This document shows positions 9,983 through 25,836 of a stretch of 64,000 bases of DNA, one piece after another. The stretch comes from an uncultured delta proteobacterium (lineage in GTDB: Bacteria > Desulfobacterota > Binatia > UBA9968). Position 1 is the first letter of the stretch; each line of letters starts with the position of its first letter. Under the pieces are notes generated by a model. The model worked only from the letters and a program-made list of their open reading frames with translations. It was not told the origin of the DNA and made no database searches. The DNA lies in assembly GCA_963737905.1 (NCBI GenBank), contig CAVTUQ010000019.1:160001-224000 (forward strand), given 5' to 3'. The position numbers were made by a program, and so were the translations under genes.

Positions 9983-12151
9983 TTAAACGGAATTGGTTTC
10001 CAGGTCTTTCGCTTCGCCGGCCTCTTGGTGAGGCAATCCTAACAGCGCCAGTGAGCGGGCTTCCAGCGGATATTCGGTGCCGCCGTGAATAAGCCGCTGT
10101 CGACGCTTGTTTTTCTCTTCTTTGGTGTCGAAGACGACCTGCCAGCGCATCTTACGACGGTGCGCCGGGAGAACAAAGTTAACCGGCTCATGGTGCGCGT
10201 TCAGTAAGATCAGCAGAGTGTCATCTAAAATCCGGTTGCCGCGGGCGTCAACTTCTTCGATGGCGTCGCCGGCAAGCCGCAATCCGAGGCAGCGGGCGAA
10301 TCCGTTGTTCCAATCATCGTCCGTCATTTCTTTCCCATCCGGCTTAAACCAGGCCAGATCTTTAACCTCGGAGCCGCGGATCCTGCGTCCTTGAAAAAAT
10401 ACCCGGCGCCGGAGAACCGGATGTTGGTGAAACAGCCGGATCAACAACCGGGTGAATTCCAACAGGTCCCGTTTCCAGCGATCGAGCTTCCAGTCCATCC
10501 AGGAGATCTCATTGTCCTGGCAGTAAGCGTTGTTGTTGCCTTGTTGCGTGCGTCCGATCTCGTCACCCGCCAGCAGCATGGGAACCCCTTGAGAGAGAAT
10601 CAAGGTCGCCAGGAAATTGCGCTGTTGGCGGGCCCGCAGAGCGATTATTTCTCTGTCGTCCGTGGGGCCTTCTGCGCCGCAATTCCAGCTTAAATTCTCA
10701 TTGTGCCCGTCACGGTTCTCTTCCCCGTTGGCTTCATTGTGTTTTTCGTTGTAGCTGACGAGATCAGCCAGGGTGAACCCGTCATGGGCAGTCACGAAGT
10801 TAATGCTCGCGTAAGGACGACGTCCGCCTCTGCCATAGAGGTCGCTGCTCCCGGTCAGACGCATGGCCAGACCTCCGACCAACCCACCCTCGCCCTTCCA
10901 AAAACGTCGCACGGTGTCGCGATATTCCGCGTTCCATTCGGCCCACAGAATGGGAAAGTTTCCAACTTGATACCCGCCTTCGCCTAAGTCCCAGGGTTCC
11001 GCGATCAACTTCACCTGTGATAGCACGGGATCTTGATGAATAATGTCAAAGAACGCGCCCAGGCGATCCACGGAATGAAGCTCTCGCGCCAGGGTAGATG
11101 CCAGATCGAAGCGAAATCCATCGACGTGCATATCGAGCGCCCAGTAACGCAAGCTGTCCATAATCAGCTGCAGGGTATGCGGGTGAGTCATGTTCAACGT
11201 ATTGCCGCAACCGGTGTAATCCATGTAGTAGCGACGATCCTCAACCAGACGGTAGTAAGAGGCGTTGTCGATTCCCCGAAAGCACAGAGTGGGTCCCAGG
11301 TGGTTTCCCTCGCCGGTATGGTTGTAAACAACATCGATGATGACCTCGATACCTTCACGATGAAGGGTCTTCACCATAGTTTTGAACTCCGCCACTTGCT
11401 CGCTGAGCACTCCCGTCGACGCATAGCGGGCGTCCGGCGCAAAAAATCCGATGGAGTTGTAGCCCCAGTAATTGGTCAGGCCTCGATCCACGAGCGATTT
11501 GTCGGCGACAAATTGATGCACCGGTATCAGTTCAACAGCCGTGATGCCCAACGATTTGAGGTAATCGACGACGGCCGGATGGGTCAAACCGGCATAAGTG
11601 CCTCTCAGCTCTTTCGGCACTTTGGGATGCCGCGCCGTGAATCCCTTTACATGCATCTCGTAGATCAGTGTCTTGTGCCAGGGGATCCGCAGGGGGGCAT
11701 CTTGTCCCCAACTGAAGGCTGCATCTACGACCACGCACTTCGGCAACCCATCGGCACTGTCGCGCTCGTCTAAAGACAAGTCGGCTTCGGGATGTCCTAT
11801 CGTATAGCCGAAGAGTGCATCGCTCCAGCGTATGGGTCCGGCAATGGACTTGGCGTAGGGATCTAAAAGAAGTTTGGCGGGGTTAAACCGGTGCCCTTCG
11901 GCGGGGCTGTACGGTCCATGCACACGATAGCCGTAGAGCTGTCCTGGCCGCGCTTCCGGCAAATAAACGTGCCATACCTGGTCGGTCTGTTCGGTCATCC
12001 GGATTCGCTGCGTCTCGCGGGTTCGGTTTTCGCCGTCGAACAGGCAAAGCTCTACACCCGTCGCATTTTCAGAGAACAGCGCAAAGTTCACGCCGGATCC
12101 GTCCCAGGTAGCTCCCAGTGGATAGGGATTGCCAGGCCATACTTTCATCAA
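9983..12151 (-). CDS. glgX: Glycogen debranching enzyme
   Basis: [41 protein letters not shown]. Confidence 0.97.
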   Translation of the reverse strand: MMKVWPGNPYPLGATWDGSGVNFALFSENATGVELCLFDGENRTRETQRIRMTEQTDQVWHVYLPEARPGQLYGYRVHGPYSPAEGHRFNPAKLLLDPYAKSIAGPIRWSDALFGYTIGHPEADLSLDERDSADGLPKCVVVDAAFSWGQDAPLRIPWHKTLIYEMHVKGFTARHPKVPKELRGTYAGLTHPAVVDYLKSLGITAVELIPVHQFVADKSLVDRGLTNYWGYNSIGFFAPDARYASTGVLSEQVAEFKTMVKTLHREGIEVIIDVVYNHTGEGNHLGPTLCFRGIDNASYYRLVEDRRYYMDYTGCGNTLNMTHPHTLQLIMDSLRYWALDMHVDGFRFDLASTLARELHSVDRLGAFFDIIHQDPVLSQVKLIAEPWDLGEGGYQVGNFPILWAEWNAEYRDTVRRFWKGEGGLVGGLAMRLTGSSDLYGRGGRRPYASINFVTAHDGFTLADLVSYNEKHNEANGEENRDGHNENLSWNCGAEGPTDDREIIALRARQQRNFLATLILSQGVPMLLAGDEIGRTQQGNNNAYCQDNEISWMDWKLDRWKRDLLEFTRLLIRLFHQHPVLRRRVFFQGRRIRGSEVKDLAWFKPDGKEMTDDDWNNGFARCLGLRLAGDAIEEVDARGNRILDDTLLILLNAHHEPVNFVLPAHRRKMRWQVVFDTKEEKNKRRQRLIHGGTEYPLEARSLALLGLPHQEAGEAKDLETNSV

Positions 12152-12339
12152 AAACCCCCATTATTAGTTTGCGCTGTGCATCATCTTTCGGCGCGCTGAA
12201 CGATCATTGTCGTGATTTCGAGACATCCGAAGGATGTTGTTCGTAGCTGTGCAAATCAAAGACCACGAACGATACTATCAAACTATCGTAGAAGACCTTC
12301 GCAACATGGGGACTCGCGGGAAAGGCGGAGTCGAAGGCG

Positions 12340-14447
12340 TTAGGGGGCGCGGCTGCGGATTTCATTGATCGCTTTTAAAATCTCCGTAACCGAATCCATT
12401 TTGCGGATCTCATCTAGCGAAAAGCGCGCTTTGCGTTTCCAGTTGGGCCGTTCCTCCCAGGTCCCGGGCACATTTTGTGGAAACGGTTCAAGCCAGAGAT
12501 CTTCCAGATTCACCAGCAGCAGATAGGCATCCCCGCTCGCCAACTGAGAGAGCCAAGCGCGCAGAATCGCCAGAGGATCCGGCGATTCTCCTTCAAGCCA
12601 GCCGCGCGATTGTAAGTAGGTGGTGAGTGCTTCACGGATGGATGCGCGGTCCTGCTGCGCAATTTGCGCCTCCGGCGGGGATAGAAGTCCAAGCGCAAGC
12701 CGATCCTCAATGTCTTTGCCTTGCCAAAAGCCGGCGAAGGTCGGCGTATCATGAGTGTTCAAGCTCGCCACCGCGTCACGAGCAGCCTCTTGAAGCGCGC
12801 TCTGCGAATCGGCTGTGACGCAGAATTGGCTAACGTACATGCCGTGGACTCGATGTTTGGCCAGGGCTGTATTGACGTACGGCGGCACGGTGCCGAGGTT
12901 CTCACCGACTATTTGGACCCGATTCCGGTGCGATTCCAGACTCAAGATCGCGTAGAATTCTTCAGCCGGATAGTGGACGTACATTCCTTCGCTGGGCCCA
13001 AAGCCGTCAGGGATCCAAAATAGACGGTGGAGTCCCATAACATGATCCATGCGCAGCATTCCCGCATGCTGGAGATGATGCCGCAGACACGCGATATAGT
13101 AGCGATAGCCTTGCTGCCGAAGCCCATCGGGCTGCAGTGGCGGGAAACCCCAGTTCTGACCCTTGGTAAAAAAACTGTCCGGCGGCGCGCCTCCGCTTGC
13201 GTCTAAAGCAAACGCCTGGCGCTCGCGCCAGACATCGTAGCCGTCGCGGTTTACTCCCAGCGGAAAGTCGAGGTAAAGTGCCGGCCCGCCCGCTTTCATC
13301 TTTTCTGCCAGGGCCTGCATCTGTTCTTCGGCCTGCCATTGCACGTAGAGATGATACTGTTTGGCTTTTTCATCGTAGTCGCCCGCTCCCAGCGTGCCAT
13401 CGCGATGGACCCCGGGCCAAAGCTCCCATGGCTTACGCTCGCGCTCCACTTTGGCGCGAAACGCGGCGTAGTCCTGGGCTTGCGGATGAGTCTCAACGAA
13501 ACGTTGGAAAGCTACTCTCCGTTTGGAAGCCCGGTGCAACAGCGTGTGAAGCAGTTCCTCAAGGATCCGGCGCTTAAGCGCCATCATTGGCCGGTATCCA
13601 ATCAAAGAGCCGGCGCGTAAACGCTCGAGATCAGTTTGGAAGCCAGAGGAATGGAGCATTAAACGGGCTGCCGTATTGCGTTGGAGCTCCGTTATGCGCG
13701 TGACATCGAGATAGAATTCGTTCCAAAAAAGACGGCTTACAGGAGCATAGGGGCTCGGATTGAAAGGCTCATCGAGAAATGTCGAAAGTAAGGGCAACGT
13801 TCCCACGAAGTCTCCGCCCATTTGACCTGTAAAATCGACTAATCTTTCGAGGTCGGAAAAATTGCCGGCACCCCAGTTTTTCTCAGAGGCGAGGGCGTAC
13901 AACGGACAGAAAAGACCCCAGAGTTGGGGGTTGACGGTCGATCCGCCATAGGTTTGAAAGATCGAGGACAAAACATAGGAGTCAAAGTTAAGCGCGCCAA
14001 CCTGCAAATGCAGGCGATGGTAACCGAGGGGCAAGGGCCCGGGAAAAACGATCCGGCGCGCCACATAGCACACACCTTCGATGCGGCTTTCTACGGGCTT
14101 TGTTCTAAAGTCGCTCTGGCATTTGCCTTCAACGACCTCGCCGCTTTCCAGCTCGATTCGATACCGAGGCTCCGCCGCCGCGAGCGGGCTCGGCAGTCTA
14201 AGTTTGAGCCGCAGGGGAGCGCCGTCCCAGGCGATGACTACTGGATCAATGGCTCGCTGGATCAGAAATTGCCGGCGCTGGCGGAGCGCGCCGGCAAGAT
14301 CATCCATGCGCTCTACCGGCGCGCCTAAAATGTTGAGCACGCGAAGAATGGCTTCGGGAGGCGGTCGCATCAAATGTCCGATGCCGTCGTGGAGATTAAT
14401 TTGAATGTTGAAGAGGCGAGCGACGTTGTGCAGCAGTTTGCTTTCAG

Positions 14448-14451
<4 letters not shown>
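12340..14451 (-). CDS. malQ: 4-alpha-glucanotransferase (amylomaltase)
   Basis: [33 protein letters not shown] and THD GH77 motifs. Confidence 0.93.
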
Positions 14452-17825
<3,374 letters not shown>

Positions 17826-17835
17826 AGTGGTCGGC

Positions 17836-19866
17836 TCACATGAAATAATCGAAATCTTGCTCGCGCCGGACATGCGGGCGGACGCGGAAGATCTGGGCTG
17901 GCACGCTGTTGGGATCCAATTCAATGTAGTTGCGCGGGCCGTGCCAGAGATAGCGAGCGTTGGTCAAAAGATCGTGCACCTGAAAGGCCTGTTGGGGATC
18001 AAGCCCAAGTTCTTCCGATGGAAGGTCCAGCCATCCGGACTGAATGTGATGGGGATCCAAATTGACCACGACCACGATGACATTGCTCAGGTCCTCCGTG
18101 GTTTTGCTGAAGGCGATGATCTCCGGGTTGTCGATCGGGTGAAAGCGCAAGTTCCGGTCGCTCTGCAAGGCGCGGTTCTCCTTCCGTATGCGGTTCACGC
18201 GCGCGATCAATTCTCTCAAACTGCCCGATTTCTCCAAGTCCCAGCGCTTGATCTCGTACTTCTCCGAATTGAGGTATTCTTCGCTGCCGGGTTCCCGTGG
18301 AATATTTTCCCCGAGTTCAAAAGCCGCGCCGTAAATACCGTAGCTGGCTCCCAGGGTTGCCGCCAGCACCAGCCGGGTCATGAAAGCCGGCCGGCCGCCG
18401 AACTGAAGATATTCGGTTAAGATATCGGGTGTATTCGGCCACAGATTGGGGCGGAAAAAATCGCTGACCTCCGTCTGAGTAAGTTCGGTAAAATACTGCG
18501 TGAGCTCCGATTTCGTGTTGCGCCAGGAAAAATAAGTATAGGATTGGCTAAATCCCAGTTTGGCTAACCGGTACATCACTTTTGGGCGGGTGAAGGCCTC
18601 CGCTAAGAACAGCGCATCCGGATAGTGTTTTTTCACTTCGCCGATGATCCACTCCCAAAAGGGAAAAGGCTTGGTGTGAGGGTTATCTACGCGGAAAATA
18701 TGCACGCCCTGCTCGCACCAAAATAGCATGACGTTCTTCAGTTCGTTCCAAAGCTCCTGCCAACCTTCTGATTCGAAATCCAGTGGGTAGATATCCTGAT
18801 ATTTTTTGGGCGGATTTTCCGCGTATTGAATCGACCCGTCGGGACGTTTGCGAAACCACTCCGGATGCTCGGTGACATAGGGATGATCCGGCGTGCATTG
18901 AAAGGCGATGTCCAGGGCAATCTCAATGTCAAATTTTTTGGCTTCGGCGAGGAGATACTTGAAGTCCGCCAATGTCCCGAGCTGCGGGTGAATGGCGGTG
19001 TGGCCCCCTTCTTTTGCGCCGATGGCCCAGGGGCTCCCGACGTCGTCGGCGCTGGCCGCAAGCGTATTATTTTTCCCCTTACGGTAGGAGTAACCGATCG
19101 GGTGAATAGGTGGGAGATAGAGAACGTCGAAACCCATTTCTGCGACATAGGGCAGACGCTCCGCACAGTCGCGCAAGGTACCGTGTTGGCCCGGTGTACC
19201 ACTGCAGGAGCGGGGAAACAGCTCGTACCAGGTGCTAAAACGAGCTTTGCTGCGCTCGACGTTGAGCCAAAGTTCTTTGTCATAGGTGGTCGCCCAGCGC
19301 CGGTCGGGATGTTTTTTCATCAACGCCGCAAGCGCATCATCCAGGGCGGCGGCAATCGCTTCAGATGAATTCCCGCTCAAGGCCGCCGCGAAGTTTGTTA
19401 ATAACTGGCGATCTTCCCCTGCGGCGCGCTTTCCTGCCAGCTCGACGAGCGCCGCACCCGCCAACAAATCCTGTGCCACCTCTTGTCCGGCTTTCACTTT
19501 TTTGGCGAATCCCTGTCGCCACGAGTCGAACCCGTCTATCCATGCTTGCACGGTATAGCAGTAATGGCCGATATCGTTGACTTCGAACGTGCCGGTCCAG
19601 CGGTCGTTGACCAGCGGCTGCATGGGAGTCTCGGTCCAGGACGACGCTCCTTCTTTACGGTATAGGAGCAACGCCGAAAGAGTGTCATGACCATCAGCAA
19701 AGATGTCCGCCTCCACGGTGACGCGCTCCCCAACGGTCCTTTTCGCGGGAAACCGCCCGCAATCAATCTCGGGTTTGACGTTTTCAATGACGGCGCGCGA
19801 GCGGCCCTGGCCTAACCTGATCGCCGGCTGTTCGCTCGTGGATTGCAACTTCGAATCTCTTTTCAT
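17836..19866 (-). CDS. glgE: Alpha-1,4-glucan:maltose-1-phosphate maltosyltransferase
   Basis: [43 protein letters not shown]. Confidence 0.96.
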   Translation of the reverse strand: MKRDSKLQSTSEQPAIRLGQGRSRAVIENVKPEIDCGRFPAKRTVGERVTVEADIFADGHDTLSALLLYRKEGASSWTETPMQPLVNDRWTGTFEVNDIGHYCYTVQAWIDGFDSWRQGFAKKVKAGQEVAQDLLAGAALVELAGKRAAGEDRQLLTNFAAALSGNSSEAIAAALDDALAALMKKHPDRRWATTYDKELWLNVERSKARFSTWYELFPRSCSGTPGQHGTLRDCAERLPYVAEMGFDVLYLPPIHPIGYSYRKGKNNTLAASADDVGSPWAIGAKEGGHTAIHPQLGTLADFKYLLAEAKKFDIEIALDIAFQCTPDHPYVTEHPEWFRKRPDGSIQYAENPPKKYQDIYPLDFESEGWQELWNELKNVMLFWCEQGVHIFRVDNPHTKPFPFWEWIIGEVKKHYPDALFLAEAFTRPKVMYRLAKLGFSQSYTYFSWRNTKSELTQYFTELTQTEVSDFFRPNLWPNTPDILTEYLQFGGRPAFMTRLVLAATLGASYGIYGAAFELGENIPREPGSEEYLNSEKYEIKRWDLEKSGSLRELIARVNRIRKENRALQSDRNLRFHPIDNPEIIAFSKTTEDLSNVIVVVVNLDPHHIQSGWLDLPSEELGLDPQQAFQVHDLLTNARYLWHGPRNYIELDPNSVPAQIFRVRPHVRREQDFDYFM

Positions 19867-20072
19867 GGAAGCGTTGTTTTAGGTTAACATCCTCTTTTCT
19901 TAAGGCAACCAGGGCGCGTGATTCACTTGGGAAAATTTTATCGGCGGGGGAAGTTATAGAGTTCAATATTTTCAAGATGCAAAGTCCTAGGATCCGAAAC
20001 GAATTGAAACGTTGAACCCGGAACCGATTCGATAATCTCAGGGCAGGCATTGAACGTTGAACCGCCCGTGGG

Positions 20073-21272
20073 TCAACCCCGGTTGGTGTCGGCGGCTGCA
20101 GGAATTTTCTTGACGAAAAGTCTAAGGGTAGAGGGATTGAGTTCCTGCAACGTCAATTCTTTGGGGTAGCGGATGTTCTGTTCTGAGATGTTGAAGGTTC
20201 GCCGGCCCATCTCCGCCATCGAAACGTCGATAGCAACTCTTATTTTTCTTGCGTCAAAAAGATAGAAAGCTCGGCGCGGGCCGCTAAAAGTCGCATTGAC
20301 GACAGGCGGCTCGATTTCTTCAACCCGTAGATCCGCAGGGAGATTCTCCACGCTCACCGGAATCCGGTAGCTGACTTGGACCGTTTTTGAACCCGGTACG
20401 AAGATGTACCAAAAGCCGATGGCTAAGGAGAGAGAGATGGCCTTGGCGATCCAGTTCTCTCTGAAAAACTGCAGTGAGAGATTGCTATGCTGGGCGGAAG
20501 GGAATTTCGTCCGCAAAAAGCTATCGATCACGGCGCCCAGCTGCTGCAGATTCTCGACCTCTCGAAGCTGGCCGTCTCTGGCGACGGAGATGGTGCCTCG
20601 CTCCTCGGAAACCACGATGCACAAAGCATCCGTCAACTCGGCCAGACCCAGGGCTGCGGAGTGTCGCGTGCCGACATTGGCGAGCTGTGTGAGATTCTTC
20701 GAAAGCGGCAGATGGGCAGCGAAACGGGTGATGCAGTCTTGCTCCACTAGAACGGCCCCGTCGTGACCCGGAGAATGAGGATCGAAGATGCTCCTCAGTA
20801 ACGGTCCGCTGAGTTTTCCATCGAGAGGAATGCCCCCGGTGATGTGTCGCTCGAGCGGGTCGTTGCCACGGATCACAATCAGAGCGCCGACGTGTTCCTT
20901 GGCCAGATCCGACAACGTGCGCACCAGGGTATCTGAAGTGTGGGAGCCGAGGGCCGGGACTCGTTTTCGGGCCAGACTCCAAACGGCGATTCGTTCGAAG
21001 AACTGGCGCAGCTCCTCCTGAAAGATCACGACGATCATGATTAGGAAAATAGCGAAGAAGCCCTGAAAAACCCACGCCGTCATTTGCAGGTCGAGGTAGC
21101 GAGCGATAATGTAAATGCCTCCCAGAATAAGGATGCCGCGAACGACGAAAGCGGCCCGCGTGCGGCGCGCCCAAACGATGGCCGTGTAGAACAGCACCGC
21201 CACGAAGATGATGTCAACGATCTCCGCAAAGGTGATGGTCGGAAACGGATTGATGATAGCGCTGTCACCCAT
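20073..21272 (-). CDS. Membrane diadenylate cyclase (CdaA-type) with a C-terminal YbbR/CdaR-like domain
   Basis: Three N-terminal TM helices, IFQEELR, HDGA, GTRHSAALG, VVSEERG; a further TM helix followed by a beta-rich YbbR-like domain. Confidence 0.85.
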   Translation of the reverse strand: MGDSAIINPFPTITFAEIVDIIFVAVLFYTAIVWARRTRAAFVVRGILILGGIYIIARYLDLQMTAWVFQGFFAIFLIMIVVIFQEELRQFFERIAVWSLARKRVPALGSHTSDTLVRTLSDLAKEHVGALIVIRGNDPLERHITGGIPLDGKLSGPLLRSIFDPHSPGHDGAVLVEQDCITRFAAHLPLSKNLTQLANVGTRHSAALGLAELTDALCIVVSEERGTISVARDGQLREVENLQQLGAVIDSFLRTKFPSAQHSNLSLQFFRENWIAKAISLSLAIGFWYIFVPGSKTVQVSYRIPVSVENLPADLRVEEIEPPVVNATFSGPRRAFYLFDARKIRVAIDVSMAEMGRRTFNISEQNIRYPKELTLQELNPSTLRLFVKKIPAAADTNRG

Positions 21273-21479
21273 AGCTCAAGAGTAAGGTACCACGTTTTAC
21301 GGCTTGAAGAAATTACCCCCTCAGATTTCTGTCGCGTTGACTGTCGCGTCTCTTCCGTTTGCGGCTTATGCTACCTAATTTCCTAGATCGGCGGGCTTAG
21401 GATTACGATTGCGGTTAGGGTTGAGTAGCACGCCAAGGAGATGAAATAGTGGAATCGGGAATATTGGAATAGTAAAATC

Positions 21480-22850
21480 GTGAACGGACTGCTTCAACAA
21501 TTAAGGTTCCATTCCTTCCTTCGTCTCGTTTTTCTGCTCCGGCTCGCATTATTTTTGGGTGTGGGGATTTCCGCAGCGGCGCACGGACAGACAAATCCTC
21601 CATCTTCGATGCGTTGTCCATCTCCCGCCGACCCACGGCAATTGTATTTCGAATGCAGGGGCCGGCCGTTTGATTTCATCGAAGAAACGCTGACCAAAGA
21701 CTGGGCGGGACTTCGAACCGAATTGAACCGGCTTGGGATCATGCCAACCGCCTCATATACGGCCCAGGTCATGGGAAACCCCGGTGGCGGACAGTCGCGC
21801 GGATTCACCTACAGCGGGACATTGCAGGCCTCGATCAATTGGGACCTCCACAGGCTCCTCGGCATTCCCGGACTTTCGCTCAACATTGGAGGCGCCTGGT
21901 CCACGGGCAAAGACCTTTCCGCCGATTATATCGGGAATATCTTTACGGTTCAGAGCGCGTACACCGCTCCGGATAGCGGCACGAATAATCTCACCTTAGG
22001 CGAGCTCTATTTACAGCAGCGGTTGTTTAACGATTCACTCGTGATCGCGGCTGGACGCCTGGCGCCTGGGACCACCTTTGTTCTCATGCCGGTGCTCAAT
22101 AATTATGTTAACGCGGCCATCAATCCTGGCTTGTTCGCTCTCGGCATCAACGACGCGTCGTTTACGTTCTATGCCCCTGGCGTGGAATGGGGCGCTCAAG
22201 CGATCTACAACATTACCCCAGCGCTGCAGTTGGCGGCAGGAGCGTTCAACACCAACCAGAGTTCCGCTCTGGGTGGTAAGGGTGGGGTTAACTTCGCGTT
22301 CCAGCAAGGCAACCGGGGCGCGCTATCGGTGGTGCAGTTGAATTACCTCCTAAACGACGCGCCGGGGGATACGGGTTTGCCGGGGCAGTATAGTTTCGGC
22401 GGCTTCTACGATAGCAACAGATTTACCAGTCTCAGCAACCCTAACGTCGCCAAGAGCGGCACCTACAGCATCTACGGCATGTTTCAGCAGATGGTTTACC
22501 GCGATGGAGGGACCGGCAGCCAGAAAGGCCTAACGGTTTGGGCGGAAACCGCCCTCGCGCCTAAATCAAGAGTCAACACCATGCCCTATTTCATGGGTGG
22601 TGGTGTCAGCTATCGGGGCCCGCTTCCCGGGCGCGAGAACGATATTGCCGCGGCAGGAGTGATTTACGGGACCTTCAGCCGTTACATTCCCCGCACAACG
22701 GCCGAGACGTTGATTGAAATGAATTACCAGGTCACCTTCAATCGCTGGCTCTCGATAACGCCCGATGTGCAGTATGTAATCCGGCCGAGCGGCACCAGTG
22801 CAATCAAAAACGCATTTGTATTGGGCACGCAAATGGCGATTGTTTTTTAG
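21480..22850 (+). CDS. Carbohydrate-selective porin, OprB family
   Basis: LTKDWAGLRTEL..GI, ELYLQQ, ITPDVQYVIRP, terminal Phe. Confidence 0.88.
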   Translation: MNGLLQQLRFHSFLRLVFLLRLALFLGVGISAAAHGQTNPPSSMRCPSPADPRQLYFECRGRPFDFIEETLTKDWAGLRTELNRLGIMPTASYTAQVMGNPGGGQSRGFTYSGTLQASINWDLHRLLGIPGLSLNIGGAWSTGKDLSADYIGNIFTVQSAYTAPDSGTNNLTLGELYLQQRLFNDSLVIAAGRLAPGTTFVLMPVLNNYVNAAINPGLFALGINDASFTFYAPGVEWGAQAIYNITPALQLAAGAFNTNQSSALGGKGGVNFAFQQGNRGALSVVQLNYLLNDAPGDTGLPGQYSFGGFYDSNRFTSLSNPNVAKSGTYSIYGMFQQMVYRDGGTGSQKGLTVWAETALAPKSRVNTMPYFMGGGVSYRGPLPGRENDIAAAGVIYGTFSRYIPRTTAETLIEMNYQVTFNRWLSITPDVQYVIRPSGTSAIKNAFVLGTQMAIVF

Positions 22851-23175
22851 AAAATCAAAATGTCTCCCGCAAAGGCGCAAAGCATATCCTGAGTGAAATC
22901 GAAGGGAGCGCCAAGGGTGATAAGAGGTTTCTTTTGGGGGCTTGGCGCGACAATCTGGGTTTCAGATCTTGCTTCGTGTCCCGGCAGCAAGATCTGCCCG
23001 CAAATCGAGATCAGGTTGACATGAAAGCTCGATAACGGATAGGCTCCGAAAAAAATCGAGTACGGGACCAGATCGCTTTCTCCTGATAGCTGCTGGAGCT
23101 TTTCGAACCATGCGTACATCGGATCATCGCAGCAATGGGTTGTTGGTGACTGACACTTCAAAAGGAGCTTACATA

Positions 23176-23730
23176 ATGAGAATGAAACATGTGCTTCGCC
23201 TGATACTGGTCGTTGCCCTCGCTGGCTGCGCTCCCTATGCGCTTGCGGTCAGGGAAACCTATGACGTCGCCACCGACCCCCGCTCGGTGCTGACCCAGGC
23301 CACGGACACGCAGGCAGAAGTGCAGATCAAGGCTGCCCTCCTGGCCTCGCCGGTGAAGGGCACCAGCGGGATCGACGTATACTGCCGCCAGGGAGTCGTG
23401 GTGCTCGTAGGCGTCGTGCCACCGGGCTCACAAGCGGGTCAGGCGGCGGTGGCGATCGCGCGCCAGACGCCGGGCGTGAGACGGGTCGAGACGTATTTCG
23501 TGCCCTCTCGGCCCTCCTGGGAGAGCGACATCGCCATTAAGGAACAAATCAGAGCGTCTCTCATTGCGGACCCTGCCCTGATATCCGGCCGGGTCGACAT
23601 CGCCGTCTACGCGGGTCACGTCGTGCTCGTCGGAGTCGTCGACTCCCGTGCAAATGTCCAGAGGTTTATTTCAGACGCAAGCTCGGTTTCTGGTGTCGTG
23701 TCCGTGACGTCATACATCCAGACGGTCTAG
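23176..23730 (+). CDS. Dual BON-domain lipoprotein (OsmY/DolP-like)
   Basis: LAGC lipobox; two repeats of IKAAL..GxVVLVGVV..GVxxV; AAGGAG RBS. Confidence 0.85.
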   Translation: MRMKHVLRLILVVALAGCAPYALAVRETYDVATDPRSVLTQATDTQAEVQIKAALLASPVKGTSGIDVYCRQGVVVLVGVVPPGSQAGQAAVAIARQTPGVRRVETYFVPSRPSWESDIAIKEQIRASLIADPALISGRVDIAVYAGHVVLVGVVDSRANVQRFISDASSVSGVVSVTSYIQTV

Positions 23731-23908
23731 GTGATTGTGTCCATTTTTACGGTTTCCGATTTCGACAATCGGAGTTTCGGACTTCGTCTTCCTCTTCCCT
23801 CGTATTGGACTAAAGTCCAATAGACAGGGTTTCAATTGTTTACTAGAAAGAACTCTAACGATTCCTCAATCGTGACGAGAAAATAAGCGAAGGGAGTTCA
23901 GAAATATT

Positions 23909-24691
23909 ATGGTTATGATTTCGAATATCGTTTTAAGAAAAGAGTTTGTGGCCCTGGTTGTAGCTTTGCCGGTGCTACTCCTCCAAGGATGTCTTGCCAC
24001 GCAGGATTGGGTGAGGGAACAACTAACACCGACTGAAAGTCGGGTCGGTACACTGGAAGGGCAGTTGAAACAGATGTCAACTCAGCTATCCGCCACCGAG
24101 AATCGGCTCACCAGCGCGGAGGGTCGCATCAGTCAGGTGGATGCCAAAGTCGATGAGGTCAGCATGAAGGCCGACAAGGCTTTAAATAGCGTGGCTAATC
24201 TTCGTTTGGAGCGGAAGCTCTTGCTGGATCTCAAAGATGGCGCGTTTTATCCCTCGAACTCAACGGTGCTAACGGCGGCGGGAAAGCACAACATCGACGT
24301 ATTTCTGAGCGATATCAAGACTGACTTTGCTGAGAATAGTAATGTCGTGCTTGTGGTTGCCGGTTATACCGACAACACCGGAACTGCGGAATATAATTAC
24401 GAGTTGGGGCTTTTGCGAGCCAGGGGGATCATGAAGTATCTGACCCTTGAGAAAAATGTCAATCCGGCGCGGGTAAGCTCGGTATCTTATGGCGCCACTG
24501 CGCCGGTGGGGGACAATAGCACCGCCAAAGGGCGTGAACAGAACCGGCGCGTGGAGATTCGCGTCTACACCGAATCGATCACCACCGCTTCTGCCACAAC
24601 CGCGGCACAACCTGCCGCAGCTCCTACCGCTGCACAAGCTCCAAGAGCTGTGACAGTTCCAAAAACTGCAGCAGCTCCAAAAGCTCCATAG
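23909..24691 (+). CDS. OmpA-domain lipoprotein with an N-terminal coiled coil and an Ala/Pro-rich tail
   Basis: LQGC lipobox, GYTDNTG..YN..LG..RA, NRRVEI. Confidence 0.88.
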   Translation: MVMISNIVLRKEFVALVVALPVLLLQGCLATQDWVREQLTPTESRVGTLEGQLKQMSTQLSATENRLTSAEGRISQVDAKVDEVSMKADKALNSVANLRLERKLLLDLKDGAFYPSNSTVLTAAGKHNIDVFLSDIKTDFAENSNVVLVVAGYTDNTGTAEYNYELGLLRARGIMKYLTLEKNVNPARVSSVSYGATAPVGDNSTAKGREQNRRVEIRVYTESITTASATTAAQPAAAPTAAQAPRAVTVPKTAAAPKAP

Positions 24692-24877
24692 CGCTGAGCT
24701 GCCAGAGTCTTCCCGGTTTGATGAGGTTACAATGAGAGGCTGAAAGTATTCGAAGCTCGAAATCCCAACTGCGAAAGTGTTTGGAAGGAGCAAACGGGCT
24801 TAACCGAGAGCTTTCCTAAAATTTCTGTTTCCTCTGCTGCCTGCTGTGAAGAAGCGGCGAATTTCCCCCCTCGCATC

Positions 24878-25516
24878 TCAACATTTTTCGCCGCAGGCTT
24901 GCGAGCTATTGCGACCGGAAACCGCTTTTTCCTTCATGTTGCGGAGGAGCTCTTCGTAGGATGACTTGCTGATCACCCGGTTGAATTGGGAACGGTAGTT
25001 GTTCACGACGCTGATGTTCTCGATGACGACGTCGTAGACTTTCCAATCTTTACCTACAAGACGGAGCCGGTAGTTGATCGAGTAGCTGTCTTCGCCTCTG
25101 GTCGTTAGCGTGGTTTGCACTTCGGCGCTGTCTTGTTCTAGGAGCTCGCGGTTATAGGCGACCTTATCACCGCTATAGGATTCGATGGTCCCAATGTAAT
25201 TGTCCTGCAACAAGTCGGTAAAGATATTAATAAACTCCTGCTGTTCTGCGGTGGTCCGACGGCGCCACTCGGGACCCAGGGAGCGCCGTGCCATCTCGGC
25301 AAAATCAAAGCGCGCAAAGATGACTCGCCGTAGTTGGTCGCGGCGTTCTTTCTGTTTGCCCTCCGTCTTGAGGGACGAGTCCTGCAAAATGGCGATAACC
25401 TGATCGACCGTGCTGCGAACCTGTTCCGTTGGAACGCCGGCGTTAGCGGCGGTCGCGCGAAAAATCGCCGCAAGACCAATAATTATTAAACCCCTCTTGA
25501 TCACATACTGAACCAA
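24878..25516 (-). CDS. MlaC/Ttg2D phospholipid-binding periplasmic protein
   Basis: FDFAEMARRSLG..W and WKVYDVVIENISVVNNYRSQF. Confidence 0.9.
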   Translation of the reverse strand: MVQYVIKRGLIIIGLAAIFRATAANAGVPTEQVRSTVDQVIAILQDSSLKTEGKQKERRDQLRRVIFARFDFAEMARRSLGPEWRRRTTAEQQEFINIFTDLLQDNYIGTIESYSGDKVAYNRELLEQDSAEVQTTLTTRGEDSYSINYRLRLVGKDWKVYDVVIENISVVNNYRSQFNRVISKSSYEELLRNMKEKAVSGRNSSQACGEKC

Positions 25517-25836
25517 TGCTCTTCTCCCCTTACCGCGAGTTTCGTTGTGACGAATCGTAGCACACGAGTCAGAGTTCCGCCATCATTCCGCCACCTCTGA
25601 GATTAAAAAAATTTAACCCAATGTCTCGAACATTCTTCGTGTCTGCAGGAAGAGTCGGTAACCCAACTACGGTTAACGGTTTAGTCCGAATGTCTGATGA
25701 ACAGCCGGGCAAGCTCAGAGATCTCGCCCGGTACATGATTGAATCTCACCCGGATCGATCTTGGCGCGATCGGACCGGTTTCCGGCACTGCCGTCCTCGG
25801 TGAAGTTGCGGGCGGCCTCGTTATGCCGCTTGGCAA

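Noticed and set aside
22855-23160. Minus-strand 104-aa ORF and a REP-like stretch (CGCAAAGGCGCAAAG..CTGAGTGAAATCGAAGG)
   Set aside because: The ORF runs into repeat-like DNA and has no recognisable family; it may be a gene remnant, but support is too weak
25520-25835. Possible riboswitch or ncRNA upstream of the MlaC gene
   Set aside because: Some short hairpins, but no recognisable conserved riboswitch motif
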